Below are positions 19,788 to 27,886 of a stretch of DNA of 64,000 nucleotides, piece after piece; position 1 is the first letter of the stretch; every line of letters begins with the position of its first letter. The notes under the pieces are model-generated. The model had not been told where the DNA came from. It was given only the letters and a program-made list of their open reading frames with translations, and did no database searches. Source of the DNA: Cyclobacteriaceae bacterium. Its GTDB lineage: Bacteria > Bacteroidota > Bacteroidia > Cytophagales > Cyclobacteriaceae. Where the stretch lies: NCBI GenBank assembly GCA_965267245.1, contig OZ253939.1, positions 5,840,962 to 5,904,961 of the forward strand, read 5' to 3'. The position numbers and the translations under genes are program-made.

Positions 19788-20501
19788 TCATGAGGCCATA
19801 GCCCCGTTGTTAAATAAATTCAGTTGTGCCACATGATCATCGAATCTTTTCAGCCCTGCAGCATGATAGTTTTCATCGATCTCGAATAGATCCAGATCAA
19901 AACCAAGATCATGACAGGCAATAGCTATTGACATAGATCCGCCGTGTGTATCAAGTATTTTCATTCCAGGTTTAGCAAATTTGTCAAGTAACCACTTGTA
20001 CAAAATCACTGGTTTCTGAGTAGGGTGAATTCTCTTTTCACATATCTTCTTGTTCCCTTGCTGAATGTGTCCTTCGGTCGCACTCTTACCCTGCATCATT
20101 CCGTTCCACATAAAACGGAACATTCTGGTAGATTCAATTGAGGAAATTGAAGCTATTTCACAGTCGGAGTATGAACTATTAGCATTGCATTTATCCCAAA
20201 TGATCCGGCCAGAACCAGGACTAAACTGGAAATAGTTTATTCCCCATATTATTTGATTTTTAGATACCCTGGTGAGCTCATCAAAGTAGTCCTTCATAGG
20301 AACCGACCAACTATTTTCCAAAGGTTTATAGCTGGTTCTCTTCACACCTTTTGATGAAACCTTTTGACCATAGTACTGCCTTTTCTCGGGTCCTGAGAAA
20401 TAAGGAGGATCAACTATGGCCAAATCATATTGGTTATCCTTCATTTCTGCCATTGCTGGCATACAGTCTCTAAGGTTTATGTTTATTTCAGGGTTACCCA
20501 T
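19788..20501 (-). CDS. DNA N6-adenine/N4-cytosine methyltransferase (DPPY, beta class), orphan
   Basis: Catalytic motif AIVDPPYF near the N-terminus and an AdoMet-binding-like ILDTHGGSMS near the C-terminus. This is the beta-class order. Confidence 0.85.
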   Translation of the reverse strand: MGNPEININLRDCMPAMAEMKDNQYDLAIVDPPYFSGPEKRQYYGQKVSSKGVKRTSYKPLENSWSVPMKDYFDELTRVSKNQIIWGINYFQFSPGSGRIIWDKCNANSSYSDCEIASISSIESTRMFRFMWNGMMQGKSATEGHIQQGNKKICEKRIHPTQKPVILYKWLLDKFAKPGMKILDTHGGSMSIAIACHDLGFDLDLFEIDENYHAAGLKRFDDHVAQLNLFNNGAMAS

Positions 20502-21337
20502 TACCGATCGTTATTTAAACCATAATTAATCTTACATCCCACACACATTGGCTGGAATAAATTGGTTTGCCCCATCATTTCCATATGATGCGATTTTTTG
20601 ATGTTCTCTCCCCATTTCCAGGGGAACTTTTTAAGAACAGCTTTCTCTAATTGGTCAATCCATTTTCCCCACTTTGGAAAGTGAAATGAGGTTTCATTTC
20701 TGTCTCCTTCAGTTTGCATTGTTCCGCACATGCATTCACCTGACCTACAGATTATTTTAGAGACTGGATTTCTCTCAATTTCATTACCTTCCAAATAGTC
20801 AACTGTCTCATGATTATCAAATTCGTTGATAACATTCACCCAAATGTTTGATTTTACATTAGGATCAATTCTATAAGGGGAAGCCATAGTAATTTTTCGA
20901 CGATCTGATTCTAAGCGCCTCGCTCCATTAATGAAAAGGACTGGATAGTTTTTTCTTCTATGTCTAAGATGTGTACCTACTACCCTGCGGAAATGCTCAA
21001 CTTTCAAAATATGATAAGCTATGTTGTGAGCGTCATTGCCCGATCCGATGAAACCTTTTCTAATCACATAATTCACATATGAATCACCGGCATCAGCGAT
21101 TAGAAGTTTATCATTATTTCGATCTACTTCCTTTTTGACAAAATCAAATGTTTCCTGAACACCTGTTCTAGTATGACCGTGAATGACATAATCAAACTTA
21201 ATCCCTAACTCATTGCATACATGGTATGTAGCCATACTATCATCCCCTCCGGAAAACATCAAGACAATAGCCTTCGGCTTGTAATCCTTCACAGCTTTGT
21301 CATATATTTCCTTTGATTGTCTGATTAAATCGTGCAT
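20501..21337 (-). CDS. PP-loop ATP pyrophosphatase / PAPS-reductase-family protein
   Basis: VLMFSGGDDSMATYHV is an SGGxDS PP-loop. There is a Cys-rich C-terminal part (CRSGECMCG...CVGC). It is coupled to the DPPY methylase gene (the two genes share 1 nt, 20501). Confidence 0.78.
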   Translation of the reverse strand: MHDLIRQSKEIYDKAVKDYKPKAIVLMFSGGDDSMATYHVCNELGIKFDYVIHGHTRTGVQETFDFVKKEVDRNNDKLLIADAGDSYVNYVIRKGFIGSGNDAHNIAYHILKVEHFRRVVGTHLRHRRKNYPVLFINGARRLESDRRKITMASPYRIDPNVKSNIWVNVINEFDNHETVDYLEGNEIERNPVSKIICRSGECMCGTMQTEGDRNETSFHFPKWGKWIDQLEKAVLKKFPWKWGENIKKSHHMEMMGQTNLFQPMCVGCKINYGLNNDR

Positions 21338-21441
21338 TTCGTTATCGATTCAATTTTGAAATAATGTTTTTTACTGCATTTCGGCAGGCCGTGAAAAAAT
21401 ATCCGGTCGACATCAACAATTAATTGTATACCTTCTTCCAT

Positions 21442-21849
21442 TTACTCACTCAGTTTATCTACCCAAAACATTATAGCACTAACCCATGCAGTTGCTGATA
21501 ACAGCATTAAAAAGCCCATCAACAACCATAACCGAGTATTAGTTAATAGGCCATAGGTGGGTTCATCCTCGAATGGAATCCTTTCGCCTTCCTGATTCTC
21601 TAAACATGATTTGATATTATTCTTCGCAATTGACCTGGCTTTCTTCCATAGCCGAACAATGCCTTTAGATTCAAAAAGTGACTCGCTTTTACTAAAGATC
21701 AAATTGGTTAACCAGTCATCTTTTGGTGTAATGACAATACTATTTTTTTGAGCCTTGTGCTTCCATATCTGTATGACTAATGATCTATATTGGCGATGAA
21801 TTATATAATGCCAACCACCTTCAATCGCCTGTCTTTCTTCGTGTTTCAT
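21442..21849 (-). CDS. Hypothetical protein with a C-terminal TM anchor
   Basis: 135-aa ORF. The C-terminal LWLLMGFLMLLSATAWVSAIMFWV is a TM helix. ATGA overlap with the upstream metalloprotease gene. Confidence 0.5.
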   Translation of the reverse strand: MKHEERQAIEGGWHYIIHRQYRSLVIQIWKHKAQKNSIVITPKDDWLTNLIFSKSESLFESKGIVRLWKKARSIAKNNIKSCLENQEGERIPFEDEPTYGLLTNTRLWLLMGFLMLLSATAWVSAIMFWVDKLSE

Positions 21850-22613
21850 AAAAGGTTAGGGGTTGAGGATTGATAAAAAGACGCATTTGAGGTACACCAC
21901 CCTTTATTCACACTATACATGAAATCGAATGCTGCTGGATCTGTGTTCTTAAGATGTGCTGGTGAGGAATAGAAATATCTGGCAATCTCTGCAAAGTATT
22001 CTGTGTGATCAGATACTACATAACTATCATACTTCCATAGGTCATTGTTTTTAGCAGCCTGGTACAGATCCCATAAGCCACTGGAAACAGAGAATTGAGC
22101 AAAATGCAGATAAAGGTGGTCCCATCCGTGCATTAATTCATGGATGATAACTTTCTCCGTAGGATATCCATTAGCGTGAACTAACGATTTCTTTGGGGTA
22201 CGATCTACTACATAATGCTGGCCAGCGACGAGATTGTTATTATGTCGCTGTGATAAATAAATAGTAGCTACTTCCTGAAGGCTATCGTGTAATGCAGGTG
22301 GTAGTACAAATAGCAGTGTTTCTAAAGTGGCAGTTAACGTGTCTATATAGCTTTGCCTAAAGCTGTGACCGCCATTGAAAAGTATAGACCATCCTAATAC
22401 TTCAGTATATAGAAGCTTGGTGGTATCATTGTCTATAATGCCTCTGATAGGAGATCCGGAAAAGTACTCTGTGAAAACCGTTTCATAATCATACTGAAGG
22501 TTTACTAGTGGATCTTCTTCATTTGTAATGCTAATGTGTACTGGCTCTATCTGTTCAAACTCACAGGAAAAGAATACCAGACAAGATGTGATAATTAATG
22601 CCATTAGTTTCAT
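21846..22613 (-). CDS. Secreted/lipoprotein zinc metallopeptidase (HExxH gluzincin, ATLF-like pattern)
   Basis: Signal peptide with Cys (MKLMALIITSCLVFFSCE), HELMHGWDH, and 30-odd residues later TEYFAEIARYF, a probable Glu third ligand as in HExxH...E-FAE proteases. Confidence 0.65.
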   Translation of the reverse strand: MKLMALIITSCLVFFSCEFEQIEPVHISITNEEDPLVNLQYDYETVFTEYFSGSPIRGIIDNDTTKLLYTEVLGWSILFNGGHSFRQSYIDTLTATLETLLFVLPPALHDSLQEVATIYLSQRHNNNLVAGQHYVVDRTPKKSLVHANGYPTEKVIIHELMHGWDHLYLHFAQFSVSSGLWDLYQAAKNNDLWKYDSYVVSDHTEYFAEIARYFYSSPAHLKNTDPAAFDFMYSVNKGWCTSNASFYQSSTPNLL

Positions 22614-22755
22614 GTTTCATTCATTTAGTGGTTTGTAAATTTTCTAAGCTAAAAGCGCAATTAACGTGCCTAAAAAGGCATGGTGTGTGGTTTTTCTAAG
22701 ATTCCCCGTACCCTTTAGGTACGGGGAAAATTTCCAATTTTAACCAACCTAAACT

Positions 22756-23070
22756 TTAGATCTTCTCTAACTGGAATCCCTCCGCTTCCAGTTTTGACTG
22801 TAATTCTTCTATTAACTGTCCTTTCCATTTAGAGTAGGAGGGAGTATGCACGTAAACAATGTAAATGCCCTTATGCTCAGTGCGCACACGCACCACTTGA
22901 TTGTTTTTATAGAAATGAAACAAGGTAGTATTGCCCATGTGGTACGTGGATGCATTCGTAATTCCTTCCATAGTAGTAATTTGTGAATGAGAAAGGGTAG
23001 GGGGATGGTGAGTCCCCCTGTGAGATAGAGAGTGGTGCCGCTCCTGTCCCCCAATTAGTGTGTGGTACAT
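22756..23070 (-). CDS. Hypothetical protein (true start may be the Met at 22971)
   Basis: The His-rich first 33 codons overlap a copy of the start-associated motif. From MEGITNAS onward the composition looks protein-like. Confidence 0.4.
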   Translation of the reverse strand: MYHTLIGGQERHHSLSHRGTHHPPTLSHSQITTMEGITNASTYHMGNTTLFHFYKNNQVVRVRTEHKGIYIVYVHTPSYSKWKGQLIEELQSKLEAEGFQLEKI

Positions 23071-23113
23071 AATCTTTTAGGTTTTAGTTAAAAAAAGTTT
23101 TACAAAAACGAAA

Positions 23114-23383
23114 TCAGCCAGCTTTGATTTTCTGTAACTCACTTTCCTGTAGGTTCAGAAGCTTGCTAAAATCTCTGTTGTAAGCTATTCCTTGCTTGAT
23201 TCCTTCGTTGAGTTCCAGACTTAAGTCCTTCAATAATTGCCCAAGTCTGGCCATTACTACCTTATCATGTTTTGCTAGGTCCTGCATTTCCTGGCTAATA
23301 GATGCAATAAGATTCGCATGCTTGAACATTTTATTGGTGTGATTCTCTACCAACTGATTTAGCCTGGTCCTGGGATCGTTCAT
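23114..23383 (-). CDS. Hypothetical helical protein
   Basis: 89-aa ORF with ATGA overlap to the cro-like gene. Confidence 0.5.
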   Translation of the reverse strand: MNDPRTRLNQLVENHTNKMFKHANLIASISQEMQDLAKHDKVVMARLGQLLKDLSLELNEGIKQGIAYNRDFSKLLNLQESELQKIKAG

Positions 23384-23607
23384 GATTGTGGTACTTTTAC
23401 CAAATCATCTATACTACAGCCAAACGCATCTGCAAACACTTGAAGAATATTAGCCTTAACCTGAGACAGTTCATCTATTTCCTTACTCAGGTATAAGTAG
23501 AAGCTACTTTTACTAAGCCCTGTTTTATTAGGGAAATCTACCAACTTCAGTTGATTCCTTTGCTCTTTACCAAGCTGCTCATACCGTTCTAATAAAGGTG
23601 GTTTCAT
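23380..23607 (-). CDS. XRE-family HTH protein (Cro-like, lytic side of the switch)
   Basis: TGLSKSSFYLYLSKEI...FADAFGCSIDDLV is an HTH_3-like pattern. It is divergent from the CI-like gene. Confidence 0.7.
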   Translation of the reverse strand: MKPPLLERYEQLGKEQRNQLKLVDFPNKTGLSKSSFYLYLSKEIDELSQVKANILQVFADAFGCSIDDLVKVPQS

Positions 23608-23787
23608 TCAAGTGTGTGGTTTTGACTTTCGATTAAAAATTTGGTGTTTGAAAAAGGAAAACCGCCTCATGACTCAGGCTGGCATCTAAGGAAATATTTC
23701 CACCGGAAATCCAAACAATTCCAGGGAGGTTCTGATATATAAGAACTTTAGCCATGATATTTTAATTTTCTTGTGTTCACTGAAAAT

Positions 23788-23823
23788 TCCAATTATATTG
23801 GACTAAATTCCAGTGATATTGGA
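23788..23823. promoter_or_regulatory. Two operator palindromes in the immunity intergenic region
   Basis: TCCAATtatATTGGA (23788-23802, perfect) and TCCAGTgatATTGGA (23809-23823), 21 bp centre to centre, between the divergent HTH genes. Confidence 0.55.
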
Positions 23824-23897
23824 CAATTATCGTAACTGATAATTATAAAAACAAATTATTATAAAAACAAATTATTAGAGAAATAAATTTTTTCTAG

Positions 23898-24308
23898 TTG
23901 GAGAATTATATCCATTTATTAAGCCAGTCAATAAGGGAAAAAAGACAGGCAAAAGGGCTAACTAAAACAGAATTAGGACTACAGCTGGGGTATACGGCAA
24001 GTAGTATTGTTACTGAGTGGGAGAAAGGAAATAAGGTACCTACGACTGATGCGTTAGTAAAAATGTCAAATTTATTCGGGTGTTCTGTGGATGAGCTAAT
24101 ATTTGGCTCCCAAAGTCGATACGTAGAAGCCGACAGAGATGAGATTGATGAGTGGAAGAATAAGTATTTAAAATCTCTAGAGGAACTCAATGAACTTCAG
24201 AAGAAGCACACCAAGCTAGTAGAAGACATGAAAGAATCGCTGAAAATCCGTGATAAGGAAAAGAGTGGTTTGCTAGAGGATCTTAGGAAATTTGTAAAGG
24301 GTAAATAA
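23898..24308 (+). CDS. XRE-family HTH repressor (CI-like) with a C-terminal coiled coil
   Basis: KGLTKTELGLQLGYTASSIVTEWEKGNKVPTTDALVKMSNLFGCSVDELI is a classic HTH_3 pattern. The start is TTG at 23898, with no in-frame ATG before the HTH. Confidence 0.72.
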   Translation: MENYIHLLSQSIREKRQAKGLTKTELGLQLGYTASSIVTEWEKGNKVPTTDALVKMSNLFGCSVDELIFGSQSRYVEADRDEIDEWKNKYLKSLEELNELQKKHTKLVEDMKESLKIRDKEKSGLLEDLRKFVKGK

Positions 24309-24590
24309 ATGAGCAACCCTTCAGTCATCTACAACACTACTACCAAGGAGCTAGGAGATGAGCTTATCAAAATTTACAAGTCTGGAAACTATCAGGAATT
24401 TTTGGACAAGGTGAACTCCTTAAACGATTACACCTTATTTGACCTGGCCAACAGATATGCATATGATCAATATGGAATAAATCCCACTGGCCGTATGCAA
24501 AAAGAAACTGAGAGTTTCACCCTTTGGAATAATTTAAACCAGGTTATTAGAGAACTTCAAAAATCAGACAAGGGCAATTATTTGTTATAA
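24309..24590 (+). CDS. Hypothetical protein co-transcribed with the repressor
   Basis: 93-aa ORF starting in TAAATG right at the repressor stop. Confidence 0.5.
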   Translation: MSNPSVIYNTTTKELGDELIKIYKSGNYQEFLDKVNSLNDYTLFDLANRYAYDQYGINPTGRMQKETESFTLWNNLNQVIRELQKSDKGNYLL

Positions 24591-24644
24591 CCCAGTGCTA
24601 TTGCAATTGCCTCTATTAGGAGAGGTAGTTCACGCAATTTTAAT

Positions 24645-25055
24645 TTATGTTGCAAAATCTGGCAGCTTAACACCCTGAGCAAGAATAGTTTTTTTTACAT
24701 GCTGCTTATACCTAGTTAAACTTTCATTGAATTTAAGCATTGCAAAATATTCAAATCCATTCCTGTCTTTCGCAAATCCCTGATATCTGCAATCACTGCT
24801 ATTGCGATATAATATCTCAAATCCTTTATAAATTTTGGATTTTTTACCATGATTCTGTTCCAGGAATTCAAACACAGCCGTGTGAGATTCATCTATTGAC
24901 TTGCCATGAACTTGAAGAGCGTACCCTCTTATTAAGTGCGTTGCAGCATAAAAAACCACCGTACATTTCCAGTCATTATAAATTTTAGGGAATTTATCTT
25001 CTAATAGGGATAAGAAGTCTTCGTTATGCGCACATTGGTTAAGATGCTTGCTCAT
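24645..25055 (-). CDS. HEPN-like protein (candidate toxin/effector)
   Basis: 136 aa, all-helical in appearance. FYAATHLIRGYALQVHG contains an Rx6H string in a HEPN-like context. This is a by-eye call only. Confidence 0.4.
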   Translation of the reverse strand: MSKHLNQCAHNEDFLSLLEDKFPKIYNDWKCTVVFYAATHLIRGYALQVHGKSIDESHTAVFEFLEQNHGKKSKIYKGFEILYRNSSDCRYQGFAKDRNGFEYFAMLKFNESLTRYKQHVKKTILAQGVKLPDFAT

Positions 25056-25572
25056 CCTTGGTAAGGTTTACTAAATTGTAATCGTTCACCAAACCAATTG
25101 CGTCTTCCTCTATGTAGTGGAATATAATTGGATGAGTTTGAGCAATACTGTATACTTCATATTGCTCTAACAAATCATAAAATCTATCACGTGTCTCCAG
25201 GGAATCATCCTTCAAAACAAAAAATACGTGAGTAGCATTGCCATCCTTTGAGTATGCCATTTGCGTCAATAATTCTCGCTTCTTTCTCCCAAAAGTTTCA
25301 ATTAGTTGAAATTTAAGGCTATCGATAGATTTGTTAATACTTTCATTTGTACTAGAAACCGTTTTTATAGGGTTACTAACAGATTCCTTCAAAAACTTAG
25401 TGAAGTCGTGTTCAGCACCAACATCTTGAAGGCTCAAGGCATCATTGACATCATTAGTCAATTCCTGCAATAGACCATCTAATGCCATTAGCAAACCAGT
25501 AATTTGTAAGTCACTAGGGCTATCTTTAGATATGATATCTTGAGATTTGTTGACGTTTTTTACACTTGACAT
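25039..25572 (-). CDS. Hypothetical protein, upstream partner of the HEPN-like gene
   Basis: 177-aa ORF that overlaps the downstream gene by 17 nt. No clear motif. Confidence 0.5.
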   Translation of the reverse strand: MSSVKNVNKSQDIISKDSPSDLQITGLLMALDGLLQELTNDVNDALSLQDVGAEHDFTKFLKESVSNPIKTVSSTNESINKSIDSLKFQLIETFGRKKRELLTQMAYSKDGNATHVFFVLKDDSLETRDRFYDLLEQYEVYSIAQTHPIIFHYIEEDAIGLVNDYNLVNLTKDEQAS

Positions 25573-25699
25573 TTTGAAAAACGGGTTATACTAGGCAAAA
25601 AGTGATTGTTTCGGATCGATTATACTTACTAAAACAACATTAAAGTCAATTTAGTTTATGATAAAAGTACTAACTAAGTAAAGTTACTTCCAAACATTT

Positions 25700-25714
25700 T
25701 CCAATGAAATTGGA
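25700..25714. promoter_or_regulatory. Operator palindrome upstream of the 25572-24645 operon
   Basis: TCCAATgaaATTGGA is a perfect palindrome with the same half-sites as the immunity operators. It lies 128 nt upstream of the ATG at 25572. Confidence 0.45.
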
Positions 25715-25775
25715 CTTTTCGTAAGTGAACGGGAATCATATAAAATTGTTGTGAATGCGGTCATCCTACGTAATT

Positions 25776-26063
25776 CTACTTTAGTTTCTGAAGTAAATGA
25801 TTTATTGTTGTCTTTGAATATCCTGATGAAACAAGTCGCTCTTCAAATTCATTAATACACCCACAAATAGCAGACTTCTGTTTTGTTTGAAGCAATGAAT
25901 CAGGATAATTAACCTCTTGAATAACCCCTTCAAAACGTGATTCCCATTGCGGATCATATTCTAATCTCAATTTTATAACTTTCCCAATTAAGGCCTTTTC
26001 ATCATGAGTGAAAACAATCAGTTTGGGCATATTTCTAATTTTGAGGCCGGTACTATTTTCCAA
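25776..26063 (-). CDS. Hypothetical protein (start possibly the Met at 26030)
   Basis: 95-aa ORF, last gene of the lipopeptide/TPR operon. Confidence 0.5.
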   Translation of the reverse strand: MENSTGLKIRNMPKLIVFTHDEKALIGKVIKLRLEYDPQWESRFEGVIQEVNYPDSLLQTKQKSAICGCINEFEERLVSSGYSKTTINHLLQKLK

Positions 26064-26242
26064 AAAGCTTTGTCATTATTCCTGGACCATGAAGGCCTTT
26101 TGTGTTTTGTAGATAAGACGTATTTCTCCTCAAATTCCGGGCAATAGCTACGTGCAGGAACAATAACCACCCAACCGGTCAAAGTTTTCCCAGACATCTC
26201 ATCATACCAGGTACATTTTGTTTCTAATGGAATTTTATTCAT
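26018..26242 (-). CDS. Hypothetical small protein
   Basis: 74-aa ORF that overlaps the TPR gene stop by 8 nt. Confidence 0.5.
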   Translation of the reverse strand: MNKIPLETKCTWYDEMSGKTLTGWVVIVPARSYCPEFEEKYVLSTKHKRPSWSRNNDKAFWKIVPASKLEICPN

Positions 26243-27449
26243 TCTGTTTCAATGATCTAATCATTCTATTTCTCACCCGTACAAATCTGATAATTGATCT
26301 AAATAGAAGGTACAATATAATTAATAACCCAATACCTACTCCTAGAAGGACAATATTCTGGTTTTCAATGATGTCATTCAGTTGATGAGTTTCCTGCTCC
26401 TGTTTGTAAACCAGAGCAATGTTAGCAGCTTGCGCCATAAACAGTAGTTCACGGGAAGTATTAGCAAAGGCCTCAAGTTCAGATTCGTACTTTTCTATGT
26501 AGGCAGTTCTGTTAATATCATCATTTAATGCATGATAGTTACGGTGCATCAGCTTATAAAGATCTAATGTATGGTTATCCTTATCCACGTGATCAAAAAG
26601 ATCTTTTGCGTTGCTGTATGCAATAGCCGCTTCCTCGTACTTACCTAAATGATGGAGGCATGTGCCCAGATCCTTATAGGAAATAAATTTTTCAGTACCT
26701 GTTTTTATTTCCAGCGCTTTATTGAGGTTTTCTACAGCTTTCTCATAGTCTTCTTCCATCATGTAGCTATGAGCGATATTGTGCCATGCTTTTCCTGCGT
26801 ATTTCTCATATTTAGGGACACTAGTCTGATTGATAATTTCAAAAAAGTACTCTTCTCTAGCCTCTGCATAGAGGCCAGTTTCTACAAGTATAAAGCCTAG
26901 TTTATTGTAAATTTTAGCTTGTCTGGTAAGTTGCTCTTCATCCTTTGCCAGGGCTAGTGCTTCAAAAAAGATTTTGGAGGCTTTCTCAAGTTGTTCCATG
27001 GCTTTATAGTTATTGCCAATGTTATATAATAGTCCTGGTTTATCTTCATCTACAACATACTGAAGCGCATTATTGTAAAAAGTCTCTGCCAGGTCATAAT
27101 TGTTATGAATTTTGAAAATCCTTCCTAAGCACCAGTACAAACGTGACCTTGCCTGATCATAATAGCTGCCCTCCGGGATAAGTTCGAGCGCTTTAAAATA
27201 GTGCTTTACCGATAATTGATAATTTCGTTTAGTGTTGTAAGCATCAGCAATGAGGAAATGACTAAAATAGGCATTATGATTATCCGAATACTCTTTCAGG
27301 GAGCTTTCAGCATAGAAAATTGCGGAATCAGGAGAATTAAAATGCTGTTTAGCTATTTCGTTGCTCGGACTATTAATAGAGTAATTCTCATTGACAGTGG
27401 AGCAGGCATGGAAAAGAATAACAGTTAATATGAACAGAAAGTAGCGCAT
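26235..27449 (-). CDS. TPR-repeat lipoprotein with a C-terminal TM anchor and a short basic tail
   Basis: Signal plus lipobox MRYFLFILTVILFHAC, multiple TPR units (A..Y...AL), then IVLLGVGIGLLIILYLLF and RSIIRFVRVRNRMIRSLKQNE. It is a paralogue of 58014-59246. Confidence 0.8.
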   Translation of the reverse strand: MRYFLFILTVILFHACSTVNENYSINSPSNEIAKQHFNSPDSAIFYAESSLKEYSDNHNAYFSHFLIADAYNTKRNYQLSVKHYFKALELIPEGSYYDQARSRLYWCLGRIFKIHNNYDLAETFYNNALQYVVDEDKPGLLYNIGNNYKAMEQLEKASKIFFEALALAKDEEQLTRQAKIYNKLGFILVETGLYAEAREEYFFEIINQTSVPKYEKYAGKAWHNIAHSYMMEEDYEKAVENLNKALEIKTGTEKFISYKDLGTCLHHLGKYEEAAIAYSNAKDLFDHVDKDNHTLDLYKLMHRNYHALNDDINRTAYIEKYESELEAFANTSRELLFMAQAANIALVYKQEQETHQLNDIIENQNIVLLGVGIGLLIILYLLFRSIIRFVRVRNRMIRSLKQNE

Positions 27450-27508
27450 GATAAATTGACTTTAAGCGTAATTAGGTGTATTCAATAATAACTAAAAAAA
27501 CCGTGCCA

Positions 27509-27540
27509 TAAAAAAAAATCAGCCTATTAAGTGACTGATT
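27509..27540 (-). terminator. Candidate attenuator/terminator between the lipopeptide gene and the TPR gene
   Basis: On the minus strand AATCAG-tcacttaatagg-CTGATT is followed by TTTTTTTT. Confidence 0.45.
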
Positions 27541-27574
27541 TTCAAATTGATATTAGCAAATGATAATAAAATGA

Positions 27575-27736
27575 TCAATTACAGCAAGGTTTTGGATGTT
27601 CATCATCGTCATCTTCTGAGGCCGGAGTCTCTAGTTGATAGTCTGCTTCTATTTCATCCATAGGATCAGACGTGGAACATGATCCCAGGCTAAATACGAA
27701 CAATGCAACGGTGGAAATTAAGAATAGCTTTTTCAT
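27575..27736 (-). CDS. Small acidic lipoprotein (53 aa) ending in PCCN
   Basis: Below the ORF-track cutoff. Hand translation gives MKKLFLISTVALFVFSLGSCSTSDPMDEIEADYQLETPASEDDDDEHPKPCCN. It is a paralogue of 59374-59541. Confidence 0.6.
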   Translation of the reverse strand: MKKLFLISTVALFVFSLGSCSTSDPMDEIEADYQLETPASEDDDDEHPKPCCN

Positions 27737-27780
27737 GAGTATAAAAATTTAAAAGTTTTGAAAATATTTAATTACTTTAG

Positions 27781-27795
27781 TCCAATAAGATTGGA
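27781..27795. promoter_or_regulatory. Operator palindrome upstream of the lipopeptide/TPR operon
   Basis: TCCAATaagATTGGA is a perfect palindrome 45 nt upstream of the ATG at 27736. Confidence 0.45.
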
Positions 27796-27886
27796 AAAAA
27801 GAAACTTAAGAATACGCCGTTGGATTCATTCATTCATGTTCCAATTGGTGTGTGGTTGGCTTTCGGGTGGTGCCGAAAGCCTTTTT

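Noticed and set aside
22756-23070. His-rich N-terminus (HHSLSHRGTHHPPTLSHS) as a possible metal-binding or leader peptide.
   Set aside because: The stretch coincides with a copy of the start-associated motif region and is probably 5' leader. A Met at 22971 gives a more ordinary protein.
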